From sequence record LC765218.1: a stretch of DNA of 64,000 bases. One strand, 5' to 3'. The notes beneath the pieces were generated by a model that saw only the letters and a program-made list of their open reading frames with translations, ran no database searches and had not been told where the DNA came from. Below, one piece after another: positions 19,592 to 30,908 of the stretch (position 1 is the stretch's first letter; the number at the start of each line of letters is the position of its first letter). The translations under genes were made by a program, and so were the position numbers.

Positions 19592-22500
19592 ATGGCTACA
19601 AAAAAGACCAAGCTGCCAAAACCTGCTGGGATGAATGCCCAGAACAGAATTGGTGTACTTGACCTTAATGAGCTGGACGACCTGTTTGATGATGTCGGTG
19701 AAACCACCAAACCTGGTGATCCAGTAACCGATTTCAAATCTGGTCTGAAAGAGGGCTTCCTCGGTGGATTGAAAACCAAAGACATCGTAAGGAATTTCTT
19801 ACGAAGCGCAGCGCCTGATGGTTTCGCGCGTCTTTTTGGTGCCTATGATGATGTAATGGCTTCGGTAACCGATATCAAAGATACGGTCGAAAGAGTCAAT
19901 GCATCCGACCTAGATTACCTTGGTCGTAAAGCACAGGATTATCTACCCCAGTTAAAAGATCGCATTCCAAATGCCTTATACGAAAATATCTCTGATACGC
20001 TCACCAGAAAGGTTGAACAATATCAGTACGAAGTGGATTCCCAAAGGGACCAAATCGCTATTCGTCGTCGTCGGCAAGAAAATGATGATGCAAATGTAAT
20101 TAAAGCTGCTCTCGATCAGAATACGCTGGTAAGCAGAGAAAACTTCCAACGTAGTGAACAGGGTGCAGTTGCCCGCGCTGCCGTTGAAAGAGCAGAACGT
20201 GGAATTCGTGATAAAGTAAGTGCTGGACGCTTTGACTTTATGTCCCGTTCGATGGGGATGGCTGTAGATAGTCTAACTCGTCTTGTAGGATATAACGAAC
20301 AAGTTAATTATGGAATTCAACGTAAAGGCCTTGAACTTCAGTTCCGTACCTACATGGGTATTAGGGATCTTGTTAAAGTACAAGAAGCTAATCTTGAATT
20401 GCAGAATAAGGCTTATGAAGCATTAGTTCGTAATACCGGCTTACCAGACTACAAGAAAGGCAATGTTGGCGATCTAACCAGTTTTGGTTCAGGTCGCGGC
20501 CGGGGCAACATGCTCGGACGCCTAGCTGGCGGAGCTGCACAGGGCCTTCATGGCTTCTTGGGTAGTTATGGTAACAAAGTAAACGAACGTGTTGCCAGCG
20601 GCCTGGGCGGACGTCTATCGGAGATCGTAGCCGGTCTACGCATGGGCGATATGGCTGGTTCATCCGTTTGGGATAATCGCTATAAGTTCGCTGGTCAAAT
20701 CGCAGGTGAATACGGTGCCGATATCCTTAAGTCGTCTATTGTTCCATGGGCAGGTCGTAAAGTTCGTCCGACTATGGAAAAACTATCCAACCGTTTTGGT
20801 GGACGCCATCATCAGGTAGGGTATGCCCTAGACAACGTTCCAGCATATCTACAAGAGTTCGTTAATAACTACCAAAACACTTATGGTTTCCGTGGCGTTA
20901 TCCGTGATGCTATTATGCCATTCGTTCCTCAGTACCACATGAACGATCGTTTGGAAAACGGAAACTATCAAACAATTGATCAAGGCACGGCCTTTAACCA
21001 ATTGACGCAGCGTAGTATCGTTGAAGTCATCCCAGGTTACCTGTCTCGCCAGCTTCAAGAATTGCGAATGATTCGCACTGGTCGTGATGATATCGAGCGT
21101 GAAGTATTCGATATTACAACTGGTCGATTCGAAGTTCAATCGCTGTCGGATGATCGTCTTCAGAAGAAGATTATTCCAGCAGCAGCAATTCGAAGTGCGA
21201 GTGGTGCCATTAATGACACATTGAACTTGATGGATGAAGAGGGTAAACTTTCTCCAGCTGCACGTAAGGCACTTGGTGAACGTATGCTTCGCGATGCATC
21301 TACAAACCGTAGATTTGATCCAGAAGCTTACCTTAAATCCGGCGGTTATATGGATGGCTTAGATGCCACCACCACAGATGAAATTCAAAGGTTCTTCAAG
21401 AGTAAGTTCCAGTACGACGATAAAGGTAAAATGGCGGATAACGCTGATAACCATCGTCTACGTGATGAATACTCGCGTGCCTTCCTCGATATTCGTTCTG
21501 TAAGTCGTGACCCAGTTAAAGAAGTACATCGTCTAATTAATGCCGGTCAAACCGAGCCTCTTCGGATGCTTGGCATTATCATTACTGAACAAGGTCAAGA
21601 TAGAATAAACTATAACCGTATTTGGGAAATCATGCGCTCCGGCGTGACTGATACAAACCCATGGGTTAATGGTGACTATCAACCTGAAGCTTCTGGTGAT
21701 ATGAATGATAAGAACTTCTTTGGTCCTGCTTACCCAGGTGCAGCTAAAGCCAATGCGCTTAATGCAATGCACCGCTTCCGGAATAAGCATGCTCCACAGG
21801 AAGATCGAATCAAGAAAGAACTATCTCGCTACAGCCGTATTGCACAGGGGAAATTCCAGTACCTGAACAATAAGCACGGCGCCGGTATACATGACTTTGC
21901 TAACAACATGCGTAATGGTCAATTTGGTCCTTACGTTGCTGGTCTGCAAGGAGCTTGGAATGATGCGAGTGTAATGGGTCAAGATCTCTATTCTAAGACA
22001 CGTGCTAAGTTTGGAGAACACATGGATCAGTTCCAGAATGATCCAACCCAATATGCAATCGGTCAGAAAGATAAGATCATTGATGTGTTCACGAAGTTTA
22101 ATCCAAATGAACCCATCATTAAAGGTATTGATTTTGTTCAAGGTAACCTTGTTGACTTTAATACTAAAAAGATTATCGAATCTGTACACGACATTACCGG
22201 TAAGGTTGTTTCTACAACTGGCATGACGGTTCTAACAGCATCTGAAGTTGCCCAGGGTCTGTTTGATAAGAAAGGAATGCGTCTTGAATTACCTGCCTTC
22301 ATGAGCAATGCAGCGGACAAAATCCGCGGTGCTCTAATGGGTGGACAAACTCCTCCTGCTCAACAGTTTGCTGAAGGTGAAAACGCACAGCAAAAACAAG
22401 CAGCTGAAGATGATAAGCATGACTGGTATTTGGATGGTGAGCAAGAACCTACTATCTCTGCTCGTGGTCTAAAGAACGGTGAATACTTCAACGCAGATGG

Positions 22501-25500
22501 TGACCAGATTAATTCGATGCAAGACATCAAAGGTGATGTACTTGATAAGAATGGATCTATCATTGCAACTGCTAAGGAACTAGCTTCTGGTCTATGGTCG
22601 CGTGCTACTCGTAAACGTTGGCGTCTTACTAAGACAGGTCGGCGTCTAGCAAATGTAGCGGGTTGGGGTGCCAAGTTCATGGCAACGAATACATCTACCT
22701 TAGCGTGGAACGCACTGAAGTTTGGTGCTAAGACAGCGATCGGTATGGGTTCGGCCCTATTCAACTTCGCGATTGAAACTCAGAATGCTTATTTACCTGG
22801 TGATGATGTACCTGTACTCGAACGAAGACTAGTTAATGCTGGTAAGTACTTCGATGATAAAGGTCGCGTAATTGAAAACTTTGGCGATGTGTATGGCACG
22901 ATCTTTAACGAGAGAGGCGAACCTGTAATAGAACCATCTCTGTATAAAGACCTTAAGAACTACGACGGTACCAAACATATATTAGCTAAGAATAAAGGTA
23001 TCATCCGTAAGACTGTATGGCGTGGTATTCGCGCTGCTCGTTCGAAGTATATCGATGCTTCCATGAAGTACATGGGTTGGGCATTGAAGAAGACGGGTAA
23101 GTTCTATGGTGGTGCAGCTAAGAAAGTGTTTGGTGGTTTCGCTAAAGCGGGTGGTAACGTTCTTGGACGTATCTTTGAACGAGTACCATACGAAGACTTC
23201 GAAACAACTGATCAAGTACTATTGGGTCGCATTCTTGAAACTCTTCAAGCACAAGTTCCAGAAAAGCTCCGAGCTGGTAGTTGGCAGGATAAAGCAGAAA
23301 AGGCCAAAGAAGGCGCTGCTGGCTTGATGGATAAATTGAAGGGGAAAGGAGATGGGGATACTGATAAAGCTGAAAATAAAGTCCTGAAGGGGTTATCCGA
23401 TGGACTGAAAGGTATCTTCAGTAAACTTACCGGTACCGAAGGTGAAGAAGGCTCTGGTGCGTTCGACGTGCTTATGGGCGGTGGTATGAAAGGTGGCGCT
23501 AAAGGTCGTTTAATGGGCCTTGCTAAACGCGCAGTTCCTTGGCTCCTTGGAGGTACCGCTGCTGCTGTAGGTACAGGCGCCATGGCGTATGGTTATAGTA
23601 AAGATGGAATGGATGCAAAGCAGACAGGTATCCTGACTGCGATGAGTCTTAATTCACTTGGACAATTAACTGCACGTTATATCCTGAAACCTATCTTTGG
23701 TCAAATGAATGATCAGAGGGCAGAGTTCCGTCGTCTTCGGATGCTGCAATACGGTATCACTGATCATGATCAGCAACAGAAAGTCTCTGCGCTTGAAGAT
23801 GCTTTTGATCGCGTAACTGAACGGACAGAAGAACCTGACTTTAATATCAGTGGAGTTGGTGGTAAGGCTATTCTTGACATTCTTGGCATTGACGTTAAGA
23901 ATGAAGTCCAAGTAATGCGGATGTCTCGCTGGTTGGAAATGCGTTTCCGTCCTGTCTTCCTGACTTGGGTTAAGGCATTAGCTAAACTCAAGAAGAATGA
24001 AGTTAAACTCGTTGATATCGATAGTAAGTTCCCACAAGAACTGAAAGGACCATTAGTTAAAGCTGTTAAGATTTCTGTATCTGGTGATACACCGATGCAG
24101 TATCGTGTCGATCCATTCTCTGAAGAAGGTGAATTGGAAGATACCATCCCAGCAGCCGATCAACTATGGAAAGCTCTATACGTTCGCTATAAAGCGGGTG
24201 AGAAGAAAGAAGATGCTGTACCGGCTACAGCGGCTAATACCGAAGTAGCTACTAAAGCTCAGGATATCGCCAAGAAAGCGGCAGATACTGCAACTGGTAA
24301 AACTACACCGAGTCCAATGGATCCTACTAAATCAGCAATGCCTTTGGCTGCTGCTAAGAAAGCTTTCCCTGGTCTAGGTGGTTCAACTGGTGCACCCATA
24401 GTCGCAACCTCGGCAGCTACCACTAAACTAACTGCACTCCAATCCATCCGGATGCGTGCTTACGGTTTAGAAGTACTGAGTTTCTACAATGTCTATCCTC
24501 TTCTAAATGCTGAGGCAATGGTATTTGATGGTCTATCTATTCAGGGTGGTATTCCTGAATTCCGTGGTGACCTAGAATCTATCATGCAAGAAACAGCACC
24601 GCTGTTTGGTAAGGATATCGTTGGTAGTGACGAAGATCGTTCGGCTTACTACGATTGGTTCGTTGGTCGATTCATGCCTGTTGCTCGTGCTTACTACGGA
24701 GCAATGCGTAGTTCGACTCAAGGAACAACCATTGCGAACATGGAATCTAAACTTAAACCCAGCGATGCCGTTATCGTGGGTAATGCTGTACTGGGCGTCA
24801 CTGATTTTGATGGCTCTAGCGTATGGCAGGTTGATTCCATTTTCCCAATTAAGGGAAGTAAAGACGATCTCAAGAAAATGGCTGAAGCTGATTTGGAACA
24901 ACTGAAGAAAGATGCAAGCAAAGACATCATGTCTACGCCGACTCAATCTGCTGGTGACCAAGCAGCTGGAACACAAAGTGCAGCCGCAGGTGGCAGCTTT
25001 GCCGAGAGGGCAATGGCTTCTATCTCGAATACTTGGGAGTCTACTAAAGAAACAGTGAGTAATGCATGGAATAATACCAAGGCAGCTGGCGCTAAAGCAA
25101 TGGACTACATGTCCGACGCTACAGCGACTGCGCAATACAAGCTTGGTATGGCTGGTGAGGTATCTGCAACAGGTCGTACATACGGAACTCTGACGAAGGG
25201 TAACGGTGGCGCTTGGGAACAGATTCCATATCCGAAAGCTAACAAGTCTCGTCAAGCTGCTGCTGAAACATTCCAAGCAGTTGCTGCGATGGTCGGTATT
25301 CCTGTAGAACTGCTGTTCATCTTTGCATCACTTGAGTCTGGTTTTGATTATACTGTCAAAGCTAAGACATCGTCTGCAACCGGATGGTTCCAGTTTATCA
25401 ATAGTACCTGGGACGCAATGTTGGCGAAACATGGCTCCAAGTTCGGTATACCTCCAGACGACGCCCAGCGTAGTTTACGTGTTGATCCACGTATCAACGC

Positions 25501-26362
25501 CTTAATGGGTGCATGCTTCCTTAAAGATAACTACACTTACCTCAAAGATGCATTAGGTCGTGATCCTACGGACGTTGACCTATATATCGCACACTTCATG
25601 GGTCCAGGTGGTGCTCGTAAGTTCTTGACTCGTAATCAGGATACTATCGGCGCATCTGTTTTCCCAGAAGCCGCATCTGCTAACCGACCTATCTTCTACA
25701 AGAAAGGTGGACAACCCCGTACACTCGGGGAAATCTATCAAATGTTCGAAGAGAAGATCGCGAAGCATCGCGGTGGGGCTGAAGGTAGCTCTGTAGCTAC
25801 ACAGGAAGCTGGTAAGACAATGACCACTGATGAGGCAACAGAAGAACAAGCTAAGGCTAATGCCAAAACATCTGCTGCTGAACTATGGAATACTGATGAT
25901 AGTAACAATGCAGGCAATGCAGCTGTTGCTCGCGAAGAAGCTTACAGTGCCACTGGTACTGCTGCCCAAACGCCGGTACTTCCAGGTATTACCCCAATGA
26001 ACCCTGTGGGTGGGACAACTACTAGCGGTGCTAATCCATCTGCTGATAGTGGCGGTAATGTGGTCCAAGCTCAACAAGAAGCAGCTCTTCAAGCAGCACA
26101 GCAGTATAATTCGACTCGTCAAGCTGAAGTACGTCGTAATAACGAGAAGGCTCAACAGATCGATGATATCCAAGCTGAGCAGCTTAAGACGTTAATTGAG
26201 ATGCGTGATCATCTCAAGCGTTTGGTACAATTGAACGAACAAAAGGACAGTGGTACCAAAGAAGCTTCGAAAACCCAAGCCGGAGGAAATAATAGTATGA
26301 CCTCCACGTTAATGAGATCGACCTCGGCTCAAAATCGACCGTCGCCGCTCACGCTAACTTAA
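19592..26362 (+). CDS. giant tail/ejection protein with lytic transglycosylase domain (phiKZ gp181-like)
   Basis: About 2256 aa from ATG 19592 (GGAG RBS); SLT motifs [32 protein letters not shown] at about 25310-25620. Confidence 0.9.
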   Translation: MATKKTKLPKPAGMNAQNRIGVLDLNELDDLFDDVGETTKPGDPVTDFKSGLKEGFLGGLKTKDIVRNFLRSAAPDGFARLFGAYDDVMASVTDIKDTVERVNASDLDYLGRKAQDYLPQLKDRIPNALYENISDTLTRKVEQYQYEVDSQRDQIAIRRRRQENDDANVIKAALDQNTLVSRENFQRSEQGAVARAAVERAERGIRDKVSAGRFDFMSRSMGMAVDSLTRLVGYNEQVNYGIQRKGLELQFRTYMGIRDLVKVQEANLELQNKAYEALVRNTGLPDYKKGNVGDLTSFGSGRGRGNMLGRLAGGAAQGLHGFLGSYGNKVNERVASGLGGRLSEIVAGLRMGDMAGSSVWDNRYKFAGQIAGEYGADILKSSIVPWAGRKVRPTMEKLSNRFGGRHHQVGYALDNVPAYLQEFVNNYQNTYGFRGVIRDAIMPFVPQYHMNDRLENGNYQTIDQGTAFNQLTQRSIVEVIPGYLSRQLQELRMIRTGRDDIEREVFDITTGRFEVQSLSDDRLQKKIIPAAAIRSASGAINDTLNLMDEEGKLSPAARKALGERMLRDASTNRRFDPEAYLKSGGYMDGLDATTTDEIQRFFKSKFQYDDKGKMADNADNHRLRDEYSRAFLDIRSVSRDPVKEVHRLINAGQTEPLRMLGIIITEQGQDRINYNRIWEIMRSGVTDTNPWVNGDYQPEASGDMNDKNFFGPAYPGAAKANALNAMHRFRNKHAPQEDRIKKELSRYSRIAQGKFQYLNNKHGAGIHDFANNMRNGQFGPYVAGLQGAWNDASVMGQDLYSKTRAKFGEHMDQFQNDPTQYAIGQKDKIIDVFTKFNPNEPIIKGIDFVQGNLVDFNTKKIIESVHDITGKVVSTTGMTVLTASEVAQGLFDKKGMRLELPAFMSNAADKIRGALMGGQTPPAQQFAEGENAQQKQAAEDDKHDWYLDGEQEPTISARGLKNGEYFNADGDQINSMQDIKGDVLDKNGSIIATAKELASGLWSRATRKRWRLTKTGRRLANVAGWGAKFMATNTSTLAWNALKFGAKTAIGMGSALFNFAIETQNAYLPGDDVPVLERRLVNAGKYFDDKGRVIENFGDVYGTIFNERGEPVIEPSLYKDLKNYDGTKHILAKNKGIIRKTVWRGIRAARSKYIDASMKYMGWALKKTGKFYGGAAKKVFGGFAKAGGNVLGRIFERVPYEDFETTDQVLLGRILETLQAQVPEKLRAGSWQDKAEKAKEGAAGLMDKLKGKGDGDTDKAENKVLKGLSDGLKGIFSKLTGTEGEEGSGAFDVLMGGGMKGGAKGRLMGLAKRAVPWLLGGTAAAVGTGAMAYGYSKDGMDAKQTGILTAMSLNSLGQLTARYILKPIFGQMNDQRAEFRRLRMLQYGITDHDQQQKVSALEDAFDRVTERTEEPDFNISGVGGKAILDILGIDVKNEVQVMRMSRWLEMRFRPVFLTWVKALAKLKKNEVKLVDIDSKFPQELKGPLVKAVKISVSGDTPMQYRVDPFSEEGELEDTIPAADQLWKALYVRYKAGEKKEDAVPATAANTEVATKAQDIAKKAADTATGKTTPSPMDPTKSAMPLAAAKKAFPGLGGSTGAPIVATSAATTKLTALQSIRMRAYGLEVLSFYNVYPLLNAEAMVFDGLSIQGGIPEFRGDLESIMQETAPLFGKDIVGSDEDRSAYYDWFVGRFMPVARAYYGAMRSSTQGTTIANMESKLKPSDAVIVGNAVLGVTDFDGSSVWQVDSIFPIKGSKDDLKKMAEADLEQLKKDASKDIMSTPTQSAGDQAAGTQSAAAGGSFAERAMASISNTWESTKETVSNAWNNTKAAGAKAMDYMSDATATAQYKLGMAGEVSATGRTYGTLTKGNGGAWEQIPYPKANKSRQAAAETFQAVAAMVGIPVELLFIFASLESGFDYTVKAKTSSATGWFQFINSTWDAMLAKHGSKFGIPPDDAQRSLRVDPRINALMGACFLKDNYTYLKDALGRDPTDVDLYIAHFMGPGGARKFLTRNQDTIGASVFPEAASANRPIFYKKGGQPRTLGEIYQMFEEKIAKHRGGAEGSSVATQEAGKTMTTDEATEEQAKANAKTSAAELWNTDDSNNAGNAAVAREEAYSATGTAAQTPVLPGITPMNPVGGTTTSGANPSADSGGNVVQAQQEAALQAAQQYNSTRQAEVRRNNEKAQQIDDIQAEQLKTLIEMRDHLKRLVQLNEQKDSGTKEASKTQAGGNNSMTSTLMRSTSAQNRPSPLTLT

Positions 26363-26369
26363 TCAATGG

Positions 26370-26396
26370 AGCCTCCCTTCGGGGAGGCTTTATTTT
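26370..26396 (+). terminator. terminator
   Basis: AGCCTCCC-TTCG-GGGAGGCT-TTATTTT. Confidence 0.8.
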
Positions 26397-26417
26397 CCGT
26401 TAAGAAGGGAAATCAAA

Positions 26418-28394
26418 ATGGCAACAGATGTTAAGCCTATTTGGTTGCGCCAAGCTTTCTTATTGCCTATTAATGACAATAAGAACTCGTATGGTTCTCA
26501 GACCAAACGGCGTTATGCTAACTCGGCTGCTTTCAAATTTACAAATACGTCGCTGGGTGGTAGTTTTGCTATCAACCCTCTCCCACAATACACACGCTAT
26601 GCTGATATTCGCCAGCCTGGCCGAGGCCGCACCTACGAAGATCGTTTCTTAGGTATGGGTCGTTACTATTCAGAAGCACACGACGATACTAAACAAGAAG
26701 TCCATATGTCGTTTGGTGTTCCACGTTATTCAAGCTGGACCTCGTTCTTTACGAACTTCTATGATCGTTCGGCGGCGGGCCTAGCTAATACTGGTGTTAC
26801 ATCTGACCTTTGGTATAACTTAGGTAACGTGACTGGTTATTTCATCACTCTACCGCTACAACCATTTATTCTTGGGGTAACTGGCGTATCTCGTGTTATT
26901 AGTTTCTTGACTAAATCACAACCATCGAAGTGGTTCTATTTTAAACCGACTATGCATGCATACTGGTCGTCTGTGAATACGCTAGCTAACGAGTTCGCTA
27001 TCGCTATGGGCATGGTCCCGCGTATTCTCGATGATTCTCAACGTCCTCTAGAAGACCCAGGCCATCGAGTAGGATTAGATGATGTTAAACGTATGCACGA
27101 AATCTTCCCAGGTTTCTTCCGCCCAGATGGCGGCGTCGATGTAATGTCTTTGGCTGGACGTACGCAACGTATGTCTGACCAAGCTCAAAAATCAATGCGT
27201 GCAATGGCAGAGAAGGCGCGTACCCTTGCCGAACTTCGGGCTGGTATTGAATCTGAAATGGCCAAAGCTGTAACAGACCCTAAACCAGGCGCTGACGCAC
27301 GTGACTATTTCTTGAAGTATCTGGAAGCTGATAAGAAACCATCCGAAAAGAATGGTGTTATTGATACCGAGAGTTTTAGCAGTTGGGGTGAATTGAAGAA
27401 CGTATATGACTTCGTTGTAGGCGCACAGCGCGACGGTTCTCAGTTCGTTACATTCCGTGTTGACTATAATGGTGAAGTATCTGAATCCTTTACTAACACT
27501 ACACGAGATGTAGGTGTTGTACAAACACTTAATACGAAGGTAGGGGAAGGTCGAGCTGCATCGTTTGACTTCATGGGTGGTAACATCACGGAAGGCGTTG
27601 GTGCGGTTACAGACATGCTTAAAGGATTTATTTCCGGAGCACTAGACTCTGTTAACTTATCTGGACTTGAGACATTAGCAGGCGCGGCTTTCGTAGATGC
27701 ACCAGAGTACTGGGAATCAGCGATGGCTTCTTTACCATCTGCTTCGTATACTGTTCAATTGATCTCCCCTTATGGAAATAAAATATCCAGGTTCATGAAC
27801 ATATACGTACCACTAGCCATGATTCTCCCAATGGGATTACCAAGGTCAGCTGGTCGAAGTGCTTACACCTCTCCGTTCATCTGTCAAATTTTCCATAAAG
27901 GTCGAGTACAGAGACAACTGGGGATCGTGGATAGCATTCAGATCCGTCGCGGTGTCGGTAACGTTGGTTGGAACGCTGAACACGAAATGCTTGGTTGTGA
28001 AGTAACCTTCAGTGTTAAAGATCTATCTAAGCTAATGCATATCCCACTGAAGGCTGGCTTTGCTAGTCCGAGTTGGTTGGGTACTGCTGGTCGTGCTATT
28101 TCGGCTACAGCCGGTGAAGCCGTTGCAGGTGATGGTGGTATTGCTACTGCGCTAGCTCTTACTGATGGAGCGGTGTGGGATGAACAAAGTCTGTTCCAAG
28201 ATTACGTGTCGACTCTAACGTCACAATCCTGGGCAGATTTCTATTACGCTGGTAAACGTTTGAATCTTAACCTGACTCGTGCAGTTCAAAGCTTCAAGTC
28301 TTGGCGTAGTCCTTCGAACCTAATGTCTTGGGTTCTCGATGGTGAGGTCGCCCGTACGGTCTCTGCCTTCGCTCAAACTTCTGATCGCTTTTAA
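26418..28394 (+). CDS. tail tip/baseplate hub protein (phiKZ gp182-like)
   Basis: 658 aa immediately after the gp181-like gene; size and synteny. Confidence 0.75.
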   Translation: MATDVKPIWLRQAFLLPINDNKNSYGSQTKRRYANSAAFKFTNTSLGGSFAINPLPQYTRYADIRQPGRGRTYEDRFLGMGRYYSEAHDDTKQEVHMSFGVPRYSSWTSFFTNFYDRSAAGLANTGVTSDLWYNLGNVTGYFITLPLQPFILGVTGVSRVISFLTKSQPSKWFYFKPTMHAYWSSVNTLANEFAIAMGMVPRILDDSQRPLEDPGHRVGLDDVKRMHEIFPGFFRPDGGVDVMSLAGRTQRMSDQAQKSMRAMAEKARTLAELRAGIESEMAKAVTDPKPGADARDYFLKYLEADKKPSEKNGVIDTESFSSWGELKNVYDFVVGAQRDGSQFVTFRVDYNGEVSESFTNTTRDVGVVQTLNTKVGEGRAASFDFMGGNITEGVGAVTDMLKGFISGALDSVNLSGLETLAGAAFVDAPEYWESAMASLPSASYTVQLISPYGNKISRFMNIYVPLAMILPMGLPRSAGRSAYTSPFICQIFHKGRVQRQLGIVDSIQIRRGVGNVGWNAEHEMLGCEVTFSVKDLSKLMHIPLKAGFASPSWLGTAGRAISATAGEAVAGDGGIATALALTDGAVWDEQSLFQDYVSTLTSQSWADFYYAGKRLNLNLTRAVQSFKSWRSPSNLMSWVLDGEVARTVSAFAQTSDRF

Positions 28395-28410
28395 TATAGG
28401 AAACGCAATA

Positions 28411-28881
28411 ATGTCTATCGTTCGCAAAATCGCTCTGAAACTCCTTGGTGTTGAATCCGTACCGGAACTGGCTCGCTCTGAGATCAAAGGTAATGACCTG
28501 GCTCAACTCGCGTCGACTCTTCCGGTAGATACTCTGACCAATCTGCTGGTTGGTAAGTCCGGTGTTCGTAACTTCGCCGAACTGGCTTCTGGTTATCTGG
28601 AAGCTGAACAGTACCGTGGTCAGAACCTGGAAGCTGAGCTTCGTAAACTTGTTCGCAAATATACTGCTGGTGCTCGTATCAATTCTTCCATTGAGAACAT
28701 CGCAGTCAATGCACTGATCGGTGGTGTAGCCGAAGTAGAGAACAGCAAAGAACGTAATATTCTGAAGCGTAAGGCTGCTGCCATGGTCGCTATTCGTGCA
28801 CAGATGCCGGGTATCGCTAAGGCTGATGGTAACTACGCTGTAGAACTGCTTCTGCAAATTGTTAAAGTCCGCTACTCTTAA
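28411..28881 (+). CDS. hypothetical helical protein
   Basis: Start refined to ATG 28411 (AGGA RBS); 156 aa. Confidence 0.75.
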   Translation: MSIVRKIALKLLGVESVPELARSEIKGNDLAQLASTLPVDTLTNLLVGKSGVRNFAELASGYLEAEQYRGQNLEAELRKLVRKYTAGARINSSIENIAVNALIGGVAEVENSKERNILKRKAAAMVAIRAQMPGIAKADGNYAVELLLQIVKVRYS

Positions 28882-28890
28882 GGTGAACTG

Positions 28891-29472
28891 ATGAAAGGTC
28901 TGGACTGGGCTCTTAGTGTAGAGAGCCAAGATGGTGTCGCCCAACCGGTAGATGCTAGTAATGTCGAATCTGAAACTGAGGTTAAAGATCTCGACCAAGG
29001 TAATCTGGATGTGGATAATGCTAATGCTGAATCCCAACCGGACGATGTTAAGGCTAGTACTACGGTAGATATCTCCGTTGAACAACTAGAAGATGGTCAG
29101 GTATCCGGTAGTTCCGGTGGTAAGACTATTGATGCCTATGGTGTCGATGAAATGTCTGGCGCACCAAAACGTATTGTGATCTCTGGTTTCGATGCATCTA
29201 CAAACAAAGCTGCTGAACCGAGTGATAATAAACTCGAACTGGTTATCCTGCTTCAAAACGGAGTAATCCCTGAAGTTGGTATTAACGGGGTAACTGTTGA
29301 AGATCTGCTGACTGCTTCGATCATTGTATTCGAAGGTTTCCAATCGGGTAAGTTTGCCTGTGAAGAAAATGCCAAAGCACTGTTCCATATGAACGCTGCT
29401 CGTGAACTGATTCGTGCTCGATTGGAGCGCCGTCAAGCACAAGGCACTGAAGGTACCTACGAAGGTAACTGA
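28891..29472 (+). CDS. tad1: Tad1-like immune-signal sponge with acidic N-terminal propeptide
   Basis: C-terminal LQNG..GVTVEDLL..FQSGKFACEENAKAL..R...R....EGT matches the recalled Tad1 pattern FQKG..GVIDSDLL..FQAGPFSSRENACAL..R...R....LGT. Confidence 0.8.
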   Translation: MKGLDWALSVESQDGVAQPVDASNVESETEVKDLDQGNLDVDNANAESQPDDVKASTTVDISVEQLEDGQVSGSSGGKTIDAYGVDEMSGAPKRIVISGFDASTNKAAEPSDNKLELVILLQNGVIPEVGINGVTVEDLLTASIIVFEGFQSGKFACEENAKALFHMNAARELIRARLERRQAQGTEGTYEGN

Positions 29473-29479
29473 TATAAAC

Positions 29480-29504
29480 GCCTCCCTTCGGGGAGGCTTT
29501 ATGT
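29480..29504 (+). terminator. terminator
   Basis: GCCTCCC-TTC-GGGAGGC-TTTATGTT. Confidence 0.8.
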
Positions 29505-29527
29505 TCCATTAAAAATAATTTCAAATC

Positions 29528-29535
29528 TATATCAC
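29528..29535 (+). promoter_or_regulatory. early promoter variant TATATCAC
   Basis: One mismatch to TATATTAC; same terminator plus A/T tract context. Confidence 0.6.
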
Positions 29536-29655
29536 AGGTATGCATTAGAGATTAACATCTTGAGGGTATTACCATGTAACAGCTAACAGATTATTCATTT
29601 GTGAAAACGATACCATGAACAACAAGTTAATTCCTTTAACAGAAGGTAATAAAAA

Positions 29656-30150
29656 ATGAAAGAACAGAACATCGACCACAATAAACCTTATACTTACGTG
29701 GTCAGTGATACTGAAGGCAATACGCGTGTACATACTACCATGGGTAGCACCCTGAAAGAACAGATCGACCATGCTGTCGGTACGGGTGGTAAAGCCAAGG
29801 TAGAACATATCGAGGAAGGCATCCGCAATATGCCTCATTCGTCCGAGTCTACTCGTCTCCTTCGTGCAACTATTCCAGGTTTCTACAAGATGCTTGAAGG
29901 CATCATGTCCAAAATCGGTAAGGCCCTTGCTGAGCCCGATAACTGGGAAACTGGTAACAATGGTCGACTGGTTTTCCATATCGAGACTCTATTTGGAGCC
30001 GATAAGAAATTCTGGCCGTTGATTACCCAGAGTGTTTACGAACGTCTGCAATACGACGGTTACGTTGGTGTAGATGTGGAGATAATGGAAAAAGAAAATC
30101 AACCGGTCAAGTTGATTACTCGTTTCGGTATTCCGGCGCGTATGACCTAA
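29656..30150 (+). CDS. hypothetical protein
   Basis: 164 aa, AAGGT RBS. Confidence 0.75.
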   Translation: MKEQNIDHNKPYTYVVSDTEGNTRVHTTMGSTLKEQIDHAVGTGGKAKVEHIEEGIRNMPHSSESTRLLRATIPGFYKMLEGIMSKIGKALAEPDNWETGNNGRLVFHIETLFGADKKFWPLITQSVYERLQYDGYVGVDVEIMEKENQPVKLITRFGIPARMT

Positions 30151-30159
30151 GGAATCGTT

Positions 30160-30360
30160 ATGGCTCTCTCTGATTGCTCCTGCTGTTGGGAAACTCCTTG
30201 TCGTGCTGGTGGAGCTAAGTTCGATGAATCGGACATGCGTATGATGCCTCTACCTCGACTTGGAGAACTGGTTGCAATGTCCAGGCGTATCTTCGATGAG
30301 CGTAATACGATGGCTTCTCTTACAGCCTCTCATGATCGTAAGGAACTTACAGCAGAGTAG
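30160..30360 (+). CDS. small protein with N-terminal Cys cluster
   Basis: MALSDCSCCWETPC; AAGGA RBS. Confidence 0.75.
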   Translation: MALSDCSCCWETPCRAGGAKFDESDMRMMPLPRLGELVAMSRRIFDERNTMASLTASHDRKELTAE

Positions 30361-30424
30361 GTTGTTCCGAACCGCACCTCAAAATCATAATTAACACATC
30401 AAACTTTCACAAGGAAATACTCAC

Positions 30425-30844
30425 ATGTCTAAAGATCTGAAGAGCTTTGCATTCATCGAAGAACACAAACTCCGCGAGAAGGTGATTCTCGGTGAAGCCA
30501 ATACCTTCGACATCCCGAACGATCTCTATGAATCGGTGGTTCTGGGTGGCGCCGGTATCAGCCTTGAGCAACTGAAGAAGAAAGAACGACTGGAAGGTGA
30601 ACTTCTGGCCGGTGTTACTCTTGTTGCTGGTGAACAAGCCGCAGCTCGCATGAAAGAAAATCCGGATCTTTCTGAGATCGGCTTTAACTACAATATGGGT
30701 ACCACCAACTCTCAGGTAGCTGGTATCTTTAGTCGTGATGGTAAAGACCATAGTGTTGTTACCGTATCGACCAAGACTAACTCGGCTGAGATGAAGCGTG
30801 TTTGCGCTCACATCAACCAGCTGTTCGAAGAAGTAAATACCTGA
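30425..30844 (+). CDS. hypothetical protein
   Basis: 139 aa, AAGGA RBS. Confidence 0.8.
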   Translation: MSKDLKSFAFIEEHKLREKVILGEANTFDIPNDLYESVVLGGAGISLEQLKKKERLEGELLAGVTLVAGEQAAARMKENPDLSEIGFNYNMGTTNSQVAGIFSRDGKDHSVVTVSTKTNSAEMKRVCAHINQLFEEVNT

Positions 30845-30908
30845 TCGAATGGGGCTCTACGGAGCCCCTTTCCATCTAATTAATTTTTATGTAAATACAG
30901 GAAACAAG

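Noticed and set aside
24572-25276. Minus-strand ORF of 234 aa
   Set aside because: Shadow of the gp181-like gene; Cys/Ser-rich composition is typical of antisense frames.
28294-29085. Minus-strand ORF of 263 aa
   Set aside because: Shadow of two well-formed plus-strand genes.
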